A stretch of DNA of 64,000 nucleotides from Eledone cirrhosa (GCA_964016885.1 OZ024743.1:92504001-92568000), one strand, 5' to 3'. Counted from the first letter of the stretch, positions 38,990 through 53,092 are shown. Notes: generated by a model from the sequence alone, not told the origin. Numbers and translations are program-made.

Positions 38990-39108
38990 GTTTACGGCCA
39001 TATCCCGCTGAAAACACCGGTTCTCGTCCGATCACCGAAGTTAAGCAACGTCGAGCCTAGTTAGTACTTGGATGGGTGACCGCTTGGGAACCCTAGGTGC
39101 CGTAAGCG
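38990..39108 (+). rRNA. 5S_rRNA: 5S rRNA, copy 29 (its unit carries the SINE insertion)
   Basis: Matches copy 1. Confidence 0.97.
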
Positions 39109-40172
39109 TTTATTTTTTTAAAAAATTAATTTCTTTTCAGAGCTGTTTATTTTTTACTTGGGTGAGCGCTTAGGAAACCGAGCTGCTGTAAACATTTCCC
39201 TTTTTCTTTCTTTAGTTAGTTTGATTTGCAAGCTTTTCTCTCCAGTGTCTGTTAGTTTCAAAATAATTATGCACGCAAACTTTTTCCTTTCTTTCAACTC
39301 TACCCTTCGCATACACACTACTGCAAACGTCTTATAGGCTACCGACTGCAAAAACAGAGTTTGTTGATAATTTCAGATATTTCGAACTTTTATTCCGTCC
39401 GCCTTCGGAAGTAGTGAGCCTGCTATATACGCTAGAAAATATTTATTGAACAAAGATTTGGCTGCTTTTTCTAGCATGTAAAATGAGGGTCCATTTATAC
39501 CACTTTCCATCCTAATCAGAAACCATCATTTTAACACCGAGATTCAAAGAAAAGCTCCCATCACAACTGCTATCACTTTCGCATTTCCCTCTGAAAATAT
39601 TAAGTCGAAACGAAAGAAAGTATTGAGCCAACACTAAGTGTGTCTATCGGTCACATAACGGGTTCCGGAGCCTACCTCTAATAGCTTTTGACACTAGAAA
39701 ACACACTGGCAACCTTACTGCGGATGATAGCGAGTCTAAGAAGCTGATACAACCAAGCAGACTCGCAGTCAGCGTCTGATACCTCGGTAAGGCGAGTGGC
39801 CAACTATGACAAAAAGTTCGTTGTTAGTGGACCAGCTCCTGCAAACGTCTTAGAAGCTACAGGCTGGAAAAACAGAGTTTGTTGATAATTTCCGATGTTT
39901 CAAAGTTATATTCCGTCCGCCTTCGGAAGTAGTGAGCCTGCTATATACTCTAGAAAATATTTATTGAACAAAGATTTGGCTGCTTTTTCTAGCATGTAAA
40001 ATGAGCACATTTCTTTAGAGCCGTTCGAATCGAAGATGATGGACATGTGTAATAATTAATTCGGAATGGGTATCGTAGCTAGTTATTTGGCCGAGTTATA
40101 TAAACAAAAGGAGAACATAAGTTTTAAAGACAGCAATATCGACAACTATGCGATACTCTCGTAGTTAATAAC

Positions 40173-40354
40173 TGTTTCTACTTTAGGCACAAGGCCAGCA
40201 ATTACCCAGTGCATTACTGGTACTTTATTTTATCGACCCCATAAGGATGAAAGGCAAAGTCAACCTCGGCGGGATTTGAACTCAGATCGTAAAGGGACGT
40301 AACTATGCTGGAAAGCATGGCGTCCGACCCTCTACCGATACTGCCAATCCACTG
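40173..40354 (-). mobile_element. tRNA-derived SINE, 182 bp, resembling octopus-type SINEs; AAC target duplication
   Basis: Only sequence not shared with other units; unit is 1565 = 1380+185 bp, and AAC occurs at both 40170-40172 and 40355-40357. The minus strand has an A box TGGCAGTATCGG (40346-40335), a B box GAGTTCAAATCC (40283-40272), then the SINE body motif GACTTTGCCTTTCATCCTTATGGGGTCGATAAAATAAAGTACCAG and tail GGCCTTGTGCCTAAAGTAGAAA. The family resemblance is from memory, not a search. Confidence 0.9.
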
Positions 40355-40554
40355 AACGTGTGCTAATTTATAAATTAGATGAGATTTATGTAAAAGTTTA
40401 TTAAGCAACCTAAATTGCTTGAAAATACTATGTTCTATGGTTGAAAGTATGAAAAATGTAAAACAGAAAATTAAAGTATAAAAATTACTGTAAAAGAAAG
40501 GTGTTTAGTGAGTTGTTTTATACAATAAAACTATTAAATTGAGTGTAAGATTTC

Positions 40555-40673
40555 GTTTACGGCCATATCCCGCTGAAAACACCGGTTCTCGTCCGATCAC
40601 CGAAGTTAAGCAACGTCGAGCCTAGTTAGTACTTGGATGGGTGACCGCTTGGGAACCCTAGGTGCCGTAAGCG
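40555..40673 (+). rRNA. 5S_rRNA: 5S rRNA, copy 30
   Basis: Matches copy 1; terminator TTTATTATTTT. Confidence 0.97.
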
Positions 40674-41934
40674 TTTATTATTTTAAAAAATTAATTTCTT
40701 TTCAGAGCTGTTTATTTTTTACTTGGGTGAGCGCTTAGGAAACCGAGCTGCTGTAAACATTTCCCTTTTTCTTTCTTTAGTTAGTTTGATTTGCAAGCTT
40801 TTCTCTCCAGTGTCTGTTAGTTTCAAAATAATTATGCACGCAAACTTTTTCCTTTCTTTCAACTCTACCCTTCGCATACACACTACTGCAAACGTCTTAT
40901 AGGCTACCGACTGCAAAAACAGAGTTTGTTGATAATTTCAGATATTTCAAACTTATATTCCGTCCGCCTTCGGAAGTAGTGAGCCTGCTATATACGCTAG
41001 AAAATATTTATTGAACAAAGATTTGGCTGCTTTTTCTAGCATGTAAAATGAGGGTCCATTTATACCACTTTCCATCCTAATAAGAAACCATCATTTTAAC
41101 ACCGAGATTCAAAGAAAAGCTCCCATCACAACTGCTATCACTTTCGCATTTCCCTCTGAAAATATTAAATCGAAACGAAAGAAAGTATTGAGCCAACACT
41201 AAGTGTGTCGATCGGTCACATAACGGGTTCCGGAGCCTACCTGTAATAGCTTTTGATACTAGAAAACACACTGGCAACCTTACTGCGGATGATAGCGAGT
41301 CTAAGAAGCTGATACAACCAAGCAGACTCGCAGTCAGCGTCTGATACCTCGGTAAGGCGAGTGGCCAACTATGACAAAAAGTTCGTTGTTAGTGGACCAG
41401 CTCCTGCAAACGTCTTAGAAGCTACAGGCTGGAAAAACAGAGTTTGTTGATAATTTCCGATGTTTCCAAGTTATATTCCGTCCGCCTTCGGAAGTAGTGA
41501 GCCTGCTATATACTCTAGAAAATATTTATTGAACAAAGATTTGGCTGCTTTTTCTAGCATGTAAAATGAGCACATTTCTTTAGAGCCGTTCGAATCGAAG
41601 ATGATGGACATGTGTAATAATTAATTCGGAATGGGTATCGTAGCTAGTTATTTGGCCGAGTTATATAAACAAAAAGAGAACATAAGTTTTAAAGACAGCA
41701 ATATCGACAACTATGCGATACTCTCGTAGTTAATAACGTGTGCTAATTTAAAAGTTAGATGAGATTTATGTAAAAGTTTATTAAGCAACCTAAATTGCTT
41801 GAAAATACTATGTTCTATGGTTGAAAGTATGAAAAATGTAAAATAGAAAATTAAAGTATAAAAATTACTGTAAAGGAAAGGTGTTTAGTGAGTTGTGTTA
41901 TACAATAAAACTATTAAATTGAGTGTAAGATTTC

Positions 41935-42053
41935 GTTTACGGCCATATCCCGCTGAAAACACCGGTTCTCGTCCGATCACCGAAGTTAAGCAACGTCGAG
42001 CCTAGTTAGTACTTGGATGGGTGACCGCTTGGGAACCCTAGGTGCCGTAAGCG
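41935..42053 (+). rRNA. 5S_rRNA: 5S rRNA, copy 31
   Basis: Matches copy 1; terminator TTTATTATTTT. Confidence 0.97.
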
Positions 42054-43314
42054 TTTATTATTTTAAAAAATTAATTTCTTTTCAGAGCTGTTTATTTTTT
42101 ACTTGGGTGAGCGCTTAGGAAACCGAGCTGCTGTAAACATTTCCCTTTTTCTTTCTTTAGTTAGTTTGATTTGCAAGCTTTTCTCTCCAGTGTCTGTTAG
42201 TTTCAAAATAATTATGCACGCAAACTTTTTCCTTTCTTTCAACTCTACCCTTCGCATACACACTACTGCAAACGTCTTATAGGCTACCGACTGCAAAAAC
42301 AGAGTTTGTTGATAATTTCAGATATTTCGAACTTTTATTCCGTCCGCCTTCGGAAGTAGTGAGCCTGCTATATACGCTAGAAAATATTTATTGAACAAAG
42401 ATTTGGCTGCTTTTTCTAGCATGTAAAATGAGGGTCCATTTATACCACTTTCCATCCTAATCAGAAACCATCATTTTAACACCGAGATTCAAAGAAAAGC
42501 TCCCATCACAACTGCTATCACTTTCGCATTTCCCTCTGAAAATATTAAGTCGAAACGAAAGAAAGTATTGAGCCAACACTAAGTGTGTCTATCGGTCACA
42601 TAACGGGTTCCGGAGCCTACCTCTAATAGCTTTTGACACTAGAAAACACACTGGCAACCTTACTGCGGATGATAGCGAGTCTAAGAAGCTGATACAACCA
42701 AGCACACTCGCAGTCAGCGTCTGATACCTCGGTAAGGCGAGTGGCCAACTATGACAAAAAGTTCGTTGTTAGTGGACCAGCTCCTGCAAACGTCTTAGAA
42801 GCTACAGGCTGGAAAAACAGAGTTTGTTGATAATTTCCGATGTTTCAAAGTTATATTCCGTCCGCCTTCGGAAGTAGTGAGCCTGCTATATACTCTAGAA
42901 AATATTTATTGAACAAAGATTTGGCTGCTTTTTCTAGCATGTAAAATGAGCACATTTCTTTAGAGCCGTTCGAATCGAAGATGATGGACATGTGTAATAA
43001 TTAATTCGGAATGGGTATCGTAGCTAGTTATTTGGCCGAGTTATATAAACAAAAAGAGAACATAAGTTTTAAAGACAGCAATATCGACAACTATGCGATA
43101 CTCTCGTAGTTAATAACGTGTGCTAATTTAAAAGTTAGATGAGATTTATGTAAAAGTTTATTAAGCAACCTAAATTGCTTGAAAATACTATGTTCTATGG
43201 TTGAAAGTATGAAAAATGTAAAATAGAAAATTAAAGTATAAAAATTACTGTAAAGGAAAGGTGTTTAGTGAGTTGTGTTATACAATAAAACTATTAAATT
43301 GAGTGTAAGATTTC

Positions 43315-43433
43315 GTTTACGGCCATATCCCGCTGAAAACACCGGTTCTCGTCCGATCACCGAAGTTAAGCAACGTCGAGCCTAGTTAGTACTTGGATGG
43401 GTGACCGCTTGGGAACCCTAGGTGCCGTAAGCG
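43315..43433 (+). rRNA. 5S_rRNA: 5S rRNA, copy 32
   Basis: Matches copy 1. Confidence 0.97.
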
Positions 43434-44694
43434 TTTATTTTTTTAAAAAGTTAATTTCTTTTCAGAGCTATTTATTTTTTAGTTCGGTGGCCGCTTAGGA
43501 AACCGAGCTGCTGTAAACATTTCCCTTTTTCTTTCTTTAGTTAGTTTGATTTGCAAGCTTTTCTCTCCACTGTCTGTTAGTTTCAAAATAATTATGCACG
43601 CAAACTTTTTCCTTTCTTTCAACTCTACCCTTCGCATACACACTACTGCAAACGTCTTATAGGCTACCGACTGCAAAAACAGAGTTTGTTGATAATTTCA
43701 GATATTTCGAACTTTTATTCCGTCCGCCTTCGGAAGTAGTGAGCCTGCTATATACTCTAGAAAATATTTATTGAACAAAGACTTGGCTGCTTTTTCTAGC
43801 ATGTAAAATGAGGGTCCATTTATACCACTTTCCATCCTAATCAGAAACCATCATTTTAACACCGAGATTCAAAGAAAAGCTCCCATCACAACTGCTATCA
43901 CTTTCGCATTTCCCTCTGAAAATATTAAGTCGAAACGAAAGAAAGTATTGAGCCAACACTAAGTGTGTCTATCGGTCACATAACGGGTTCCGGAGCCTAC
44001 CTCTAATAGCTTTTGACACTAGAAAACACACTGGCAACCTTACTGCGGATGATAGCGAGTCTAAGAAGCTGATACAACCAAGCACACTCGCAGTCAGCGT
44101 CTGATACCTCGGTAAGGCGAGTGGCCAACTATGACAAAAAGTTCGTTGTTAGTGGACCAGCTCCTGCAAACGTCTTAGAAGCTACAGGCTGGAAAAACAG
44201 AGTTTGTTGATAATTTCCGATGTTTCAAAGTTATATTCCGTCCGCCTTCGGAAGTAGTGAGCCTGCTATATACTCTAGAAAATATTTATTGAACAAAGAT
44301 TTGGCTGTTTTTTCTAGCATGTAAAATGAGCACATTTCTTTAGAGCCGTTCGAATCGAAGATGATGGACATGTGTAATAATTAATTCGGAATGGGTATCG
44401 TAGCTAGTTATTTGGCCGAGTTATATAAACAAAAAGAGAACATAAGTTTTAAAGACAGCAATATCGACAACTATGCGATACTCTCGTAGTTAATAACGTG
44501 TGCTAATTTATAAATTAGATGAGATTTATGTAAAAGTTTATTAAGCAACCTAAATTGCTTGAAAATACTATGTTCTATGGTTGAAAGTATGAAAAATGTA
44601 AAACAGAAAATTAAAGTATAAAAATTACTGTAAAAGAAAGGTGTTTAGTGAGTTGTTTTATACAATAAAACTATTAAATTGAGTGTAAGATTTC

Positions 44695-44813
44695 GTTTAC
44701 GGCCATATCCCGCTGAAAACACCGGTTCTCGTCCGATCACCGAAGTTAAGCAACGTCGAGCCTAGTTAGTACTTGGATGGGTGACCGCTTGGGAACCCTA
44801 GGTGCCGTAAGCG
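44695..44813 (+). rRNA. 5S_rRNA: 5S rRNA, copy 33
   Basis: Matches copy 1. Confidence 0.97.
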
Positions 44814-46074
44814 TTTATTTTTTTAAAAAGTTAATTTCTTTTCAGAGCTATTTATTTTTTAGTTCGGTGGCCGCTTAGGAAACCGAGCTGCTGTAAACAT
44901 TTCCCTTTTTCTTTCTTTAGTTAGTTTGATTTGCAAGCTTTTCTCTCCAGTGTCTGTTAGTTTCAAAATAATTATGCACGCAAACTTTTTCCTTTCTTTC
45001 AACTCTACCCTTCGCATACACACTACTGCAAACGTCTTATAGGCTACCGACTGCAAAAACAGAGTTTGTTGATAATTTCAGATATTTCGAACTTTTATTC
45101 CGTCCGCCTTCGGAAGTAGTGAGCCTGCTATATACGCTAGAAAATATTTATTGAACAAAGATTTGGCTGCTTTTTCTAGCATGTAAAATGAGGGTCCATT
45201 TATACCACTTTCCATCCTAATCAGAAACCATCATTTTAACACCGAGATTCAAAGAAAAGCTCCCATCACAACTGCTATCACTTTCGCATTTCCCTCTGAA
45301 AATATTAAGTCGAAACGAAAGAAAGTATTGAGCCAACACTAAGTGTGTCTATCGGTCACATAACGGGTTCCGGAGCCTACCTCTAATAGCTTTTGACACT
45401 AGAAAACACACTGGCAACCTTACTGCGGATGATAGCGAGTCTAAGAAGCTGATACAACCAAGCACACTCGCAGTCAGCGTCTGATACCTCGGTAAGGCGA
45501 GTGGCCAACTATGACAAAAAGTTCGTTGTTAGTGGACCAGCTCCTGCAAACGTCTTAGAAGCTACAGGCTGGAAAAACATAGTTTGTTGATAATTTCCGA
45601 TGTTTCAAAGTTATATTCCGTCCGCCTTCGGAAGTCGTGAGCCTGCTATATACTCTAGAAAATATTTATTGAACAAAGATTTGGCTGCTTTTTCTAGCAT
45701 GTAAAATGAGCACATTTCTTTAGAGCCGTTCGAATCGAAGATGATGGACATGTGTAATAATTAATTCGGAATGGGTATCGTAGCTAGTTATTTGGCCGAG
45801 TTATATAAACAAAAAGAGAACATAAGTTTTAAAGACAGCAATATCGACAACTATGCGATACTCTCGTAGTTAATAACGTGTGCTAATTTATAAATTAGAT
45901 GAGATTTATGTAAAAGTTTATTAAGCAACCTAAATTGCTTGAAAATACTATGTTCTATGGTTGAAAGTATGAAAAATGTAAAACAGAAAATTAAAGTATA
46001 AAAATTACTGTAAAAGAAAGGTGTTTAGTGAGTTGTTTTATACAATAAAACTATTAAATTGAGTGTAAGATTTC

Positions 46075-46193
46075 GTTTACGGCCATATCCCGCTGAAAAC
46101 ACCGGTTCTCGTCCGATCACCGAAGTTAAGCAACGTCGAGCCTAGTTAGTACTTGGATGGGTGACCGCTTGGGAACCCTAGGTGCCGTAAGCG
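46075..46193 (+). rRNA. 5S_rRNA: 5S rRNA, copy 34
   Basis: Matches copy 1. Confidence 0.97.
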
Positions 46194-47453
46194 TTTATTT
46201 TTTTAAAAAGTTAATTTCTTTTCAGAGCTATTTATTTTTTAGTTCGGTGGCCGCTTAGGAAACCGAGCTGCTGTAAACATTTCCCTTTTTCTTTCTTTAG
46301 TTAGTTTGATTTGCAAGCTTTTCTCTCCAGTGTCTGTTAGTTTCAAAATAATTATGCACGCAAACTTTTTCCTTTCTTTCAACTCTACCCTTCGCATACA
46401 CACTACTGCAAACGTCTTATAGGCTACCGACTGCAAAAACAGAGTTTGTTGATAATTTCAGATATTTCGAACTTTTATTCCGTCCGCCTTCGGAAGTAGT
46501 GAGCCTGCTATATACGCTAGAAAATATTTATTGAACAAAGATTTGGCTGCTTTTTCTAGCATGTAAAATGAGGGTCCATTTATACCACTTTCCATCCTAA
46601 TCAGAAACCATCATTTTAACACCGAGATTCAAAGAAAAGCTCCCATCACAACTGCTATCACTTTCGCATTTCCCTCTGAAAATATTAAGTCGAAACGAAA
46701 GAAAGTATTGAGCCAACACTAAGTGTGTCTATCGGTCACATAACGGGTTCCGGAGCCTACCTCTAATAGCTTTTGACACTAGAAAACACACTGGCAACCT
46801 TACTGCGGATGATAGCGAGTCTAAGAAGCTGATACAACCAAGCAGACTCGCAGTCAGCGTCTGATACCTCGGTAAGGCGAGTGGCCAACTATGACAAAAA
46901 GTTCGTTGTTAGTGGACCAGCTCCTGCAAACGTCTTAGAAGCTACAGGCTGGAAAAACAGAGTTTGTTGATAATTTCCGATGTTTCAAAGTTATATTCCG
47001 TCCGCCTTCGGAAGTAGTGAGCCTGCTATATACTCTAGAAAATATTTATTGAACAAAGATTTGGCTGCTTTTTCTAGCATGTAAAATGAGCACATTTCTT
47101 TAGAGCCGTTCGAATCGAAGATGATGGACATGTGTAATAATTAATTCGGAATGGGTATCGTAGCTAGTTATTTGGCCGAGTTATATAAACAAAAAGAGAA
47201 CATAAGTTTTAAAGACAGCAATATCGACAACTATGCGATACTCTCGTAGTTAATAACGTGTGCTAATTTATAAATTAGATGAGATTTATGTAAAAGTTTA
47301 TTAAGCAACCTAAATTGCTTGAAAATACTATGTTCTATGGTTGAAAGTATGAAAAATGTAAAACAGAAAATTAAAGTATAAAAATTACTGTAAAAGAAAG
47401 GTGTTTAGTGAGTGTTTTATACAATAAAACTATTAAATTGAGTGTAAGATTTC

Positions 47454-47572
47454 GTTTACGGCCATATCCCGCTGAAAACACCGGTTCTCGTCCGATCACC
47501 GAAGTTAAGCAACGTCGAGCCTAGTTAGTACTTGGATGGGTGACCGCTTGGGAACCCTAGGTGCCGTAAGCG
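47454..47572 (+). rRNA. 5S_rRNA: 5S rRNA, copy 35
   Basis: Matches copy 1. Confidence 0.97.
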
Positions 47573-48833
47573 TTTATTTTTTTAAAAAATTAATTTCTTT
47601 TCAGAGCTGTTTATTTTTTACTTGGGTGAGCGCTTAGGAAACCGAGCTGCTGTAAACATTTCCCTTTTTCTTTCTTTAGTTAGTTTGATTTGCAAGCTTT
47701 TCTCTCCAGTGTCTGTTAGTTTCAAAATAATTATGCACGCAAACTTTTTCCTTTCTTTCAACTCTACCCTTCGCATACACACTACTGCAAACGTCTTATA
47801 GGCTACCGACTGCAAAAACAGAGTTTGTTGATAATTTCAGATATTTCAAACTTATATTCCGTCCGCCTTCGGAAGTAGTGAGCCTGCTATATACGCTAGA
47901 AAATATTTATTGAACAAAGATTTGGCTGCTTTTTCTAGCATGTAAAATGAGGGTCCATTTATACCACTTTCCATCCTAATAAGAAACCATCATTTTAACA
48001 CCGAGATTCAAAGAAAAGCTCCCATCACAACTGCTATCACTTTCGCATTTCCCTCTGAAAATATTAAATCGAAACGAAAGAAAGTATTGAGCCAACACTA
48101 AGTGTGTCTATCGGTCACATAACGGGTTCCGGAGCCTACCTGTAATAGCTTTTGATACTAGAAAACACACTGGCAACCTTACTGCGGATGATAGCGAGTC
48201 TAAGAAGCTGATACAACCAAGCAGACTCGCAGTCAGCGTCTGATACCTCGGTAAGGCGAGTGGCCAACTATGACAAAAAGTTCGTTGTTAGTGGACCAGC
48301 TCCTGCAAACGTCTTAGAAGCTACAGGCTGGAAAAACATAGTTTGTTGATAATTTCCGATGTTTCAAAGTTATATTCCGTCCGCCTTCGGAAGTAGTGAG
48401 CCTGCTATATACTCTAGAAAATATTTATTGAACAAAGATTTGGCTGCTTTTTCTAGCATGTAAAATGAGCACATTTCTTTAGAGCCGTTCGAATCGAAGA
48501 TGATGGACATGTGTAATAATTAATTCGGAATGGGTATCGTAGCTAGTTATTTGGCCGAGTTATATAAACAAAAAGAGAACATAAGTTTTAAAGACAGCAA
48601 TATCGACAACTATGCGATACTCTCGTAGTTAATAACGTGTGCTAATTTATAAATTAGATGAGATTTATGTAAAAGTTTATTAAGCAACCTAAATTGCTTG
48701 CAAATACTATGTTCTATGGTTGAAAGTATGAAAAATGTAAAACAGAAAATTAAAGTATAAAAATTACTGTAAAAGAAAGGTGTTTAGTGAGTTGTTTTAT
48801 ACAATAAAACTATTAAATTGAGTGTAAGATTTC

Positions 48834-48952
48834 GTTTACGGCCATATCCCGCTGAAAACACCGGTTCTCGTCCGATCACCGAAGTTAAGCAACGTCGAGC
48901 CTAGTTAGTACTTGGATGGGTGACCGCTTGGGAACCCTAGGTGCCGTAAGCG
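48834..48952 (+). rRNA. 5S_rRNA: 5S rRNA, copy 36
   Basis: Matches copy 1. Confidence 0.97.
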
Positions 48953-50213
48953 TTTATTTTTTTAAAAAGTTAATTTCTTTTCAGAGCTGTTTATTTTTTA
49001 CTTGGGTGAGCGCTTAGGAAACCGAGCTGCTGTAAACATTTCCCTTTTTCTTTCTTTAGTTAGTTTGATTTGCAAGCTTTTCTCTCCAGTGTCTGTTAGT
49101 TTCAAAATAATTATGCACGCAAACTTTTTCCTTTCTTTCAACTCTACCCTTCGCATACACACTACTGCAAACGTCTTATAGGCTACCGACTGCAAAAACA
49201 GAGTTTGTTGATAATTTCAGATATTTCAAACTTTTATTCCGTCTGCCTTCGGAAGTAGTGAGCCTGCTATATACGCTAGAAAATATTTATTGAACAAAGA
49301 TTTGGCTGCTTTTTCTAGCATGTAAAATGAGGGTCCATTTCTACCACTTTCCATCCTAATCAGAAACCATCAAGTTAACACCGAGATTCAAAGAAAAGCT
49401 CCCATCACAACTGCTATCACTTTCGCATTTCCCTCTGAAAATATTAAATCGAAACGAAAGAAAGTATTGAGCCAACACTAAGTGTGTCGATCGGTCACAT
49501 AACGGGTTCCGGAGCCTACCTGTAATAGCTTTTGATACTAGAAAACACACTGGCAACCTTACTGCGGATGATAGCGAGTCTAAGAAGCTGATACAACCAA
49601 GCAGACTCGCAGTCAGCGTCTGATACCTCGGTAAGGCGAGTGGCCAACTATGACAAAAAGTTCGTTGTTAGTGGACCAGCTCCTGCAAACGTCTTAGAAG
49701 CTACAGGCTGGAAAAACAGAGTTTGTTGATAATTTCCGATGTTTCAAAGTTATATTCCGTCCGCCTTCGGAAGTAGTGAGCCTGCTATATACTCTAGAAA
49801 ATATTTATTGAACAAAGATTTGGCTGCTTTTTCTAGCATGTAAAATGAGCACATTTCTTTAGAGCCGTTCGAATCGAAGATGATGGACATGTGTAATAAT
49901 TAATTCGGAATGGGTATCGTAGCTAGTTATTTGGCCGAGTTATATAAACAAAAAGAGAACATAAGTTTTAAAGACAGCAATATCGACAACTATGCGATAC
50001 TCTCGTAGTTAATAACGTGTGCTAATTTATAAATTAGATGAGATTTATGTAAAAGTTTATTAAGCAACCTAAATTGCTTGAAAATACTATGTTCTATGGT
50101 TGAAAGTATGAAAAATGTAAAACAGAAAATTAAAGTATAAAAATTACTGTAAAAGAAAGGTGTTTAGTGAGTTGTTTTATACAATAAAACTATTAAATTG
50201 AGTGTAAGATTTC

Positions 50214-50332
50214 GTTTACGGCCATATCCCGCTGAAAACACCGGTTCTCGTCCGATCACCGAAGTTAAGCAACGTCGAGCCTAGTTAGTACTTGGATGGG
50301 TGACCGCTTGGGAACCCTAGGTGCCGTAAGCG
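50214..50332 (+). rRNA. 5S_rRNA: 5S rRNA, copy 37
   Basis: Matches copy 1. Confidence 0.97.
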
Positions 50333-51593
50333 TTTATTTTTTTAAAAAGTTAATTTCTTTTCAGAGCTATTTATTTTTTAGTTCGGTGGCCGCTTAGGAA
50401 ACCGAGCTGCTGTAAACATTTCCCTTTTTCTTTCTTTAGTTAGTTTGATTTGCAAGCTTTTCTCTCCAGTGTCTGTTAGTTTCAAAATAATTATGCACGC
50501 AAACTTTTTCCTTTCTTTCAACTCTACCCTTCGCATACACACTACTGCAAACGTCTTATAGGCTACCGACTGCAAAAACAGAGTTTGTTGATAATTTCAG
50601 ATATTTCGAACTTTTATTCCGTCCGCCTTCGGAAGTAGTGAGCCTGCTATATACGCTAGAAAATATTTATTGAACAAAGATTTGGCTGCTTTTTCTAGCA
50701 TGTAAAATGAGGGTCCATTTATACCACTTTCCATCCTAATCAGAAACCATCAAGTTAACACCGAGATTCAAAGAAAAGCTCCCATCACAACTGCTATCAC
50801 TTTCGCATTTCCCTCTGAAAATATTAAATCGAAACGAAAGAAAGTATTGAGCCAACACTAAGTGTGTCGATCGGTCACATAACGGGTTCCGGAGCCTACC
50901 TGTAATAGCTTTTGATACTAGAAAACACACTGGCAACCTTACTGCGGATGATAGCGAGTCTAAGAAGCTGATACAACCAAGCAGACTCGCAGTCAGCGTC
51001 TGATACCTCGGTAAGGCGAGTGGCCAACTATGACAAAAAGTTCGTTGTTAGTGGACCAGCTCCTGCAAACGTCTTAGAAGCTACAGGCTGGAAAAACATA
51101 GTTTGTTGATAATTTCCGATGTTTCAAAGTTATATTCCGTCCGCCTTCGGAAGTAGTGAGCCTGCTATATACTCTAGAAAATATTTATTGAACAAAGATT
51201 TGGCTGCTTTTTCTAGCATGTAAAATGAGCACATTTCTTTAGAGCCGTTCGAATCGAAGATGATGGACATGTGTAATAATTAATTCGGAATGGGTATCGT
51301 AGCTAGTTATTTGGCCGAGTTATATAAACAAAAAGAGAACATAAGTTTTAAAGACAGCAATATCGACAACTATGCGATACTCTCGTAGTTAATAACGTGT
51401 GCTAATTTATAAATTAGATGAGATTTATGTAAAAGTTTATTAAGCAACCTAAATTGCTTGAAAATACTATGTTCTATGGTTGAAAGTATGAAAAATGTAA
51501 AACAGAAAATTAAAGTATAAAAATTACTGTAAAAGAAAGGTGTTTAGTGAGTTGTTTTATACAATAAAACTATTAAATTGAGTGTAAGATTTC

Positions 51594-51712
51594 GTTTACG
51601 GCCATATCCCGCTGAAAACACCGGTTCTCGTCCGATCACCGAAATTAAGCAACGTCGAGCCTAGTTAGTACTTGGATGGGTGACCGCTTGGGAACCCTAG
51701 GTGCCGTAAGCG
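51594..51712 (+). rRNA. 5S_rRNA: 5S rRNA, copy 38, variant G51A in box A
   Basis: GAAATTAAGC instead of GAAGTTAAGC at 51644. Confidence 0.93.
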
Positions 51713-52973
51713 TTTATTATTTTAAAAAATGAATTTCTTTTCAGAGCTGTTTATTTTTTACTTGGGTGAGCGCTTAGGAAACCGAGCTGCTGTAAACATT
51801 TCCCTTTTTCTTTCTTTAGTTAGTTTGATTTGCAAGCTTTTCTCTCCAGTGTCTGTTAGTTTCAAAATAATTATGCACGCAAACTTTTTCCTTTCTTTCA
51901 ACTCTACCCTTCGCATACACACTACTGCAAACGTCTTATAGGCTACCGACTGCAAAAACAGAGTTTGTTGATAATTTCAGATATTTCAAACTTATATTCC
52001 GTCCGCCTTCGGAAGTAGTGAGCCTGCTATATACGCTAGAAAATATTTATTGAACAAAGATTTGGCTGCTTTTTCTAGCATGTAAAATGAGGGTCCATTT
52101 ATACCACTTTCCATCCTAATAAGAAACCATCATTTTAACACCGAGATTCAAAGAAAAGCTCCCATCACAACTGCTATCACTTTCGCATTTCCCTCTGAAA
52201 ATATTAAATCGAAACGAAAGAAAGTATTGAGCCAACACTAAGTGTGTCGATCGGTCACATAACGGGTTCCGGAGCCTACCTGTAATAGCTTTTGATACTA
52301 GAAAACACACTGGCAACCTTACTGCGGATGATAGCGAGTCTAAGAAGCTGATACAACCAAGCAGACTCGCAGTCAGCGTCTGATACCTCGGTAAGGCGAG
52401 TGGCCAACTATGACAAAAAGTTCGTTGTTAGTGGACCAGCTCCTGCAAACGTCTTAGAAGCTACAGGCTGGAAAAACAGAGTTTGTTGATAATTTCCGAT
52501 GTTTCCAAGTTATATTCCGTCCGCCTTCGGAAGTAGTGAGCCTGCTATATACTCTAGAAAATATTTATTGAACAAAGATTTGGCTGCTTTTTCTAGCATG
52601 TAAAATGAGCACATTTCTTTAGAGCCGTTCGAATCGAAGATGATGGACATGTGTAATAATTAATTCGGAATGGGTATCGTAGCTAGTTATTTGGCCGAGT
52701 TATATAAACAAAAAGAGAACATAAGTTTTAAAGACAGCAATATCGACAACTATGCGATACTCTCGTAGTTAATAACGTGTGCTAATTTAAAAGTTAGATG
52801 AGATTTATGTAAAAGTTTATTAAGCAACCTAAATTGCTTGAAAATACTATGTTCTATGGTTGAAAGTATGAAAAATGTAAAATAGAAAATTAAAGTATAA
52901 AAATTACTGTAAAGGAAAGGTGTTTAGTGAGTTGTGTTATACAATAAAACTATTAAATTGAGTGTAAGATTTC

Positions 52974-53092
52974 GTTTACGGCCATATCCCGCTGAAAACA
53001 CCGGTTCTCGTCCGATCACCGAAGTTAAGCAACGTCGAGCCTAGTTAGTACTTGGATGGGTGACCGCTTGGGAACCCTAGGTGCCGTAAGCG
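52974..53092 (+). rRNA. 5S_rRNA: 5S rRNA, copy 39
   Basis: Matches copy 1; terminator TTTATTATTTT. Confidence 0.97.

Noticed and set aside
40214-40408. 64-aa ORF ending ...SSNPAEVDFAFHPYGVDKIKYQ
   Set aside because: Chance read-through from spacer into the SINE; it is a translation of the SINE B box and body.
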